27,301 nucleotides of DNA, taken from the NCBI GenBank assembly GCA_013239625.1, contig MU053559.1, forward strand, positions 3,784,607 to 3,811,907. Reading direction: 5' to 3'. A program made the position numbers and the translations under genes. Positions 21,435 through 27,301 of the stretch are shown in pieces. The notes under the pieces were generated by a model. It did not search any database, was not told where the DNA came from, and worked only from the letters and a program-made list of their open reading frames with translations. Every line of letters starts with the position of its first letter. Position 1 is the first letter of the stretch. This DNA comes from Lama guanicoe (taxonomy: Eukaryota).

Positions 21435-21939
21435 TTGAGGTGGGGAGAGGGAGGTAGCAGAGGGTATGTGAGGGAAAGAAAGAAGTTTAAATGTTGACTC
21501 TTGGGGATCTCCTCAGAGCAGCTAGATGAAAAGTCACCATTTACTGAAAGGGGAAAGCTTTTTTTTACCCGTTCATAAAATTAATGACAATATCTTTTTC
21601 ATCAAAGTCTTCTCATAAAATCTATTATAGTGCTAGGTAAATGTTTGTTAAATAAATGAACTGAATATCCTCTCAGATCAACTGTTCCTTTTATAATTGT
21701 CAATATGCTTGTTCCTAATAAGTCCACACCTTCTAGTTTCTTGTTTTTAATCTTATGGGAAACCAGCTAACAAAATCCTCTCAACTTTCTGCGATTAAAT
21801 CTATAAACTTTTATCAGCATTCGCACCAGTCTTTTCCTCATTCCTTCCCCAGTAGAAACTGTGCTTTGAATCCTATCTCCTTTAGTATTCCTGTTATTTC
21901 TGGCTATTTTCATTTCCTCTCCCTCCCTCTTCATCTCCG

Positions 21940-23030
21940 CTTTCCTCCTCCCCTCCCTCCCACTTTTACTTTTAACCCTTCTTTTCTAAGCTGTCTTCCC
22001 CATCGAAATGTAAATGTGCTCATTTCTCCCGTTCAAAAGACTAAGGAAAACAGTCTCTTTTTGTCCCATGCTGCTTCACGTATCACTTATTCACTTCATT
22101 CTCATTTTCTTGCTCTCACTCTCCACTTTGCTCAACTCCCTTTCGCAACCAAACTCCTAGAGTGAGTTGTCTGTCCTTGATGTTTCTCCTGATTCAGCTC
22201 CCACCTGTTAGCAATCTGTAGTCTGTCTGTCTCTACCACTCTGCTCAAACTGGTGTTGCCAAGTTTATCAGTATGCTTTTTGTCGCTGATCTAATTAACA
22301 TTCCTCAGTTGTCATTTTAATTGGCTTTCAACAGCACTCAGTGTTCCCTCTGTCCCGAGGCCATCTTCTCCCTTCCCTTCTGGAACACCACACTCTTGGA
22401 TTTCTATTTATTTTTCTGTCAGCTCTCTCGCTGACTCTTTTTCTTCTGCCTGTTTCTGGATGTTTTTGTCTGTCACTATATTGCCCTCGGCATCCTCTCT
22501 TCCATCCCACGTCCTCTGATCAGGAGAGCTCATTTACTCCGCTGGCTTCCTTTACCAGCCACAGGGTGAATACTCCCCAGTCAGATGTCTCTTGTGAGCT
22601 CCAGATAAGATACATCTGACTGCCACCAAAATGTTGTAACTTGTGTGTAGGCACCATAAGCTCACTCAACAGGTCTAGAATAAAATTCTTCATCCCCCCT
22701 GCCATAACTGCTCCCCCTCCTCTATTACCTTAATGAATGACATCATCTCTTACCTGGCTGGATAATCAGCCTTCCCTCATTGCCTTCTCTGGTTGAGTTC
22801 TCCCTGCCATGTGTTCCCATAATTTCCCTCCAATGATGGCACTACATTTAAAAATTTATTTTATAGAACTATATATTTTATTACAGTCATTTGTTCCATT
22901 ATCTACACCCCCTCATACAATGCAAGATCCTCGAGGGCAGGAACTGTTTCTATTTCATTGTCATAATCCCAACAACTAGCCTAAAGAGTTTACCTATAGT
23001 GGTGTTATTTGTTTAATGAATGAATGAAGC
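21940..23030 (+). mobile_element. L2 LINE 3' fragment, sense orientation
   Basis: Pyrimidine-rich body, aatgcaagatcctcgagggcaggaactgt motif and ttgtttaatgaatgaatgaa tail. Confidence 0.78.
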
Positions 23031-23521
23031 CTGTTAGAATTGTGAATAAACTCAGAGTGACAGTTTTGGGCTCTCTAGTATGAATAACTCACATGGGACT
23101 TAGTGCATGGACTTTCTTTTAAGCTATTAAAGAGAAGGTGGGGAAAATGCATAGATGTTTCCTGTGTGGTGTTAGACATTTCCTTAGCACTCTTCCTCTC
23201 ATATTTATGGGGAAAAAAAGTTCCAGACCTGAAGTTAAGTAACTGCTTTCCTGATTTAAACCATCACTGCCTGCAAAAATAGTTAAAAATTAAATAGATA
23301 ACCTAAATTTCAGGGGAAATTACGCTGTTCTTTTAATAAGCCATTCTGCTAATTGTTCTAGCCAGTTCTTCCATTTTTAAAGTCTAGTATCATACTCAAA
23401 AATAAATTTGACAGTGCCCCTGTGTTTAGAGTTTTAAATGATTAAAGTCAATTTTTATTATGATATTTTCCTATAATTGTTCATATGCATTTTTATTTGC
23501 TGATTTGCTTCTATGTCTTAG

Positions 23522-24369
23522 TGTGAAGTAGTAGAAAAAATATATATTGGTCTCTGCTCTTGATTCCTGGCACAGAGTTCCTAAAGCTGTTGTAATTTCG
23601 TAAGTGATAAGAGCGCTAGGACATCTTTTGTTCTGATGAAGCAATGCTTGATGGGCTCCTGGATGGGGACTGGTCACCAGAAAGACCAAGCTATGACTAG
23701 AAACTTAGAACTTTCAGTCCCACCCCTTATCATACTCCAGGAAGGGGAGAGGGGCTGGCAATTGAGTTAATGATGGATTCTGCCTAAGTGATGAAGCCTC
23801 CATAAAAATTCCAAAGGCGTGGGGTTCAGGGAGCTTCTAGATTGCTGAACATATGAAGGTGCTGGGAGAGTGGTGCTCCTGGAGAAGGCATGGAAGCTCT
23901 GTGCCCCTGCCCACATACCTCGCCCTGTGCATTTCTTCTTTCTGGACTTTCATCTTTATCTTTTATCTTATCCTTTTATGATAAACTGGTAAATAGTAAG
24001 CATTTCCCTGAGTTCTGTGAGTCATTCTAGCAAATTATCCAACCCAAGGAGGGGGTCGTGGGAATTCAATTTATAGCAGGTTGGTCAGAAATACAGTTGA
24101 CAGCCTGGGGCTTGGGTTTGGCATCTGAAGTGGGGATGTGGCAGTCTTGTGGGATTGAACTCTTAACTTGAAGGATCTGATGCTAACTCCGGATAGATAG
24201 TGTCATAATTAAATTGAATTGAATTATTGGACACCCAGCTAGTGTCACAGAGAATTGCTTGGTGGGGGAAAATCCACCACACATTTGGTGGCCAGAAGTG
24301 TCAGAACTGAAGTGTTCTGTTTGAGTAATAAAGAAAACACACACAGGACAAGTGAGTTTTTCCTACTCA
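23522..24369 (+). mobile_element. ERVL solo LTR, MER21-like
   Basis: TG...CA termini; 5-bp TSD cttag/cttgg (1 mismatch); ttcctggcacagagttcctaaa and tttccctgagttctgtgagtcattctagcaaatta motifs. Confidence 0.82.
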
Positions 24370-25384
24370 CTTGGCAAGCCATACAGTTGAAGTGAGAAAA
24401 TAAACACTAAAAAAAAAAATCAATGCTAAGTGAGCATTGCATAATATTGGTGGAATATTACCTGGGAGGCTTTGTAATCTAAGACTACTAATTCCTTTAG
24501 AGCTCAACAATGTAGATTCCATTTTATCCTCTTTATTTTTGGTATTTTCTATATTTTCAAAATCTTTAAACATGTATGAAAGAGTCATTGCAATATGAAA
24601 TCTCTGTTTAAAAACTACAAAAGCAGCTCTATGTGACATGCATTTTTTCATACAGAAATCCTTGAACCATTATCTAAATAATACCATAGCTATCACTGCT
24701 TTCGTGGACTAGATTTCCTAAATATAGGACAATTATTAGTCACATGATGGGTACACATACTGTGCAAATGTATAGAAAATATATGAGACCAACATACATA
24801 TTTGGCATTATAAATACGACACAACTTGGCACATTGACAAATTTCCCTAAAATTATACATCAGGAAAAAAAAGAATTAAGACTAATCTTGAAATTGTATA
24901 ATCTTGGCCTTTCTCTGTGATTTGTAACTTACAGTAAAGCAGTCCTGCACACACACACATATATAGCACAACTTAATAATTACACACTGCACCTAGGGTT
25001 AGGTATCTTGGTGTATCACGAGATGAGTTACTCACTTCTGAAAACTTCCCAAGAAAGCCTAACCACTGACCAACAAATGCGTCTTTTGTTTTCCTCAGAC
25101 ATCAAGATTCTTAGATTTGCCAAATTCTGGGGTTACTCCTAGACCCATGGAAACCTATCTTTCTCTTCTGAGAATGTCTTGTTCACTGCCAAGTTTACTC
25201 CATAATACTTTTAGGAAGGGACAAAGAATAGAACAAAGTGTACACTGTGTATTATACTCTAAAAATGCTTTCCGTCTTACCCGCACATGATTGCATTAGG
25301 AGATGTCTGTAATAAGTGCTTATGCTTTACTCATAACTTCTAAATACAGATCAATTAATTTTAAATTAATGATATCTACCATTA

Positions 25385-25810
25385 GTATATTAGTTATGTA
25401 ATGCTGCATTACAAATCACCCCAAAACTTAGCAGCTTAAAGCAACAAACCTTTATTATCTTAATGGTTTCTGTGGGTTAGGAATGTAGGTGCAGCTTAGC
25501 TGAGTCCTCTGGCTTAGGGCCTCTCACGAGGCTGCAGTGAAGGCATTCACTGGGGCCACAGCCATCTCAATGTTCAACTGGACGAGGACCCATTTCCCAG
25601 CTCATTCCTGTGGTTATTGGCAGGATTCAATTCCTTCCGGGCTATTGGGCTGGGGGCCTCAGTTCCTCCCTGGCTGCTGGCTGGAAGCCATTCTCAGTTT
25701 CCTGTCACGTGGGTGTCTCCATAGGGCAGCTCACAACAGGGCAGCTGGCTGCATCAGGGCAGGTGAGAAGAGCCAAAGTGTGGACAAGGCAGAAGTCACA
25801 ATCTTTTTGC
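25385..25810 (-). mobile_element. MaLR LTR, MLT1E/F/G-like, truncated
   Basis: acaaatcaccccaaaacttagcagcttaaagcaacaaac and ggcagaagtcacaatcttt motifs. Confidence 0.78.
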
Positions 25811-26010
25811 TCTCATTTCTGGGAGTTTTCCTCATCCATATTTTCCAAACCTTCTATTGAGTTTTTAAATTTTTGCTATCTTGTTTTTGAATTCTAATAA
25901 CTTCTTTTGGTTGTATTTTCTGAATGTTCCTTTTGTTATAGTATCCTAGTATTTTTTCACAGGTGCAATATTTTCTCTTAACTCCCTGAAGACATTAACA
26001 ATTGAAATAT
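25811..26010 (-). mobile_element. Ancient L1/HAL1-like fragment
   Basis: ccttctattgagtttttaaattt...tttctgaatgttccttttgttatagtatcct pattern. Confidence 0.45.
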
Positions 26011-26049
26011 TTGTATCCATGATGGTTCACATAGAGAGGCAGAGCCATC

Positions 26050-26052
<3 letters not shown>

Positions 26053-26086
<34 letters not shown>
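26053..26086. repeat. (GT)17 microsatellite
   Basis: Direct reading. Confidence 0.97.
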
Positions 26087-26089
<3 letters not shown>

Positions 26090-26099
26090 AATTTTTGTG

Positions 26100-26550
26100 T
26101 CTGATGCTAGAATGGAAAGTCCACAGGGCAGGCAATCAGGAAGGAAAGATGACTGTAAAGTGGGGAAGAGGAAACACAGGCTAGCATGCACAAGGACAGA
26201 CTAAAATGCATGTCAGTTTTTGTAGCCCTTGACCTTAGTGGATGTGGCTATTATGCTTTGTCAAGGAGTTAAACACGTGCACACACCTGCCTCAGGAGAT
26301 GGAGGAGCTGCAGGAGAATCCAGGGAAAGATACAACAGTTGAAGGTCCAGCCACTGCCTCACACCAATGAGTGAGTCAGCAGATGAGCAACAACTTACGT
26401 GAGCTACAGAATGCCTTCTGCTTCCCTTCCGTGCTCCAGATTTCCCCAAAATCTCCCCTGTGGCTGACCCTAACTGAAAACATACATGAAATGAAATTCT
26501 GGAAAATGTAGTTCAGCCTAGCCAAGTTGACACATTATAAAGCCACCACA
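26100..26550 (-). mobile_element. ERVL LTR, LTR41-like
   Basis: Ends ggaaaatgtagttcagcctagccaagttgacacattataaagccaccaca (reverse of a TGTGGTGGCTTT LTR start); contains agtccacagggcaggcaatcaggaagg. Confidence 0.65.
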
Positions 26551-26991
26551 ATTACCAAACCACTCCTGTAGATTGCTAGCTAATCAATAATACCACAGCA
26601 CTTAAAAAAATGCATCCCATAGAGATTTATTCATCCAACATGTATTGAATCCCAATAGGTGCTAGGTACAGTCCCTGTCTTCAGGAAATTCACAGTTTAA
26701 TGGGAAAAGGAGAAAAAAAAAATCAATGGAGAGCAGGAGTCCAGAGGGAGTTCCAGAACTCTACATTCTCTGGTTATAGTAATCTATTCCTCAGTCTCCA
26801 TATCACCTTGGCAGAAATGAAAAGGAGACCAGAGCTCTGCATGTTTCTGGTAAAACCTCTGTATCTGACACCTGTTCCCGCATCACAGCCGGACCATAAC
26901 TATTTGCCTTGAGAGCCTCAGGAGTAATCTCACATGACCTGAAGCCCATGACAACTACCATCTCAACTCCCCATTTGTCTTCCATGCTTCC

Positions 26992-27301
26992 TTTTTTTTT
27001 TTTTTAACATTTTTTTTATTGATTTCTAATCATTTTACAATGTTGTGTCAAATTCCAGTGTTCAGCACAATTTTTCAGTCATTCACGGACATTTACACAC
27101 TCATTGTCACATTTTTTCTCTGTGAGTTATCATAATATTTTGTGTATATTTCCCTGTGCTATACAGTGTAATCTTGTTTATCTATTCTACAATTTTGAAA
27201 TCCCAGTCTATCCCTTCCCACCCTCCACCCCCCTGGTAACCACAAGTCTGTATTCTCTGTCTGTGAGTCTATTTCTGTCCTGTATTTATGCTTTGTTTTT
27301 G
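26992..27301 (-). mobile_element. Young L1 3' end (camelid-type), continues past the window edge
   Basis: Long clean poly-T, then aacatttttttttattgatttctaatcattttacaatgttgtgtcaaattccagtg...ggtaaccacaagtctgtattctctgtctgtgagtct. Confidence 0.85.

Larger units (their letters stand above)
20260..21560 (-). mobile_element. L2 LINE 3' fragment interrupted by a solo LTR and a TG microsatellite
   Basis: ttcacttattcaa tail; tttggattttattttctgagcaattggaagccattggaaggtttt; the element resumes after 21266 (ggtt gaggcagtagagatgga...ccatttactga). Confidence 0.78.

Noticed and set aside
1833..26985. Remaining 60-136 aa ORFs in the track
   Set aside because: They fall in degraded repeats or AT-rich DNA, with no recognisable domains or exon structure.

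Overview
Mammalian genomic DNA, most likely camelid (a Vic-1-type tRNA-Ala SINE and a camelid/cetartiodactyl-type L1 3' end are present). Two CpG-island promoters about 17 kb apart face away from each other. The left island (~1200-1750) precedes a minus-strand reading frame that the ORF track missed because it runs off the window edge: ATG at 1197, at least 399 stop-free codons, encoding a Pro/Ser-rich protein with degenerate 14/16-aa repeats that I cannot name. The right island (~18280-18630) has duplicated NRF1 sites, GC boxes, a GCN tract and a YY1-like site, and looks like the non-coding first exon of a + strand gene. The rest is mostly fossil transposable elements (L1, L2, MIR, ERV1/ERVL/MaLR solo LTRs, hAT DNA transposons), several with readable target-site duplications. 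There is also an old ~400 bp dispersed duplication and a 100 bp tandem duplication. Repeat subfamily names come from recalled consensus features, not from a search.
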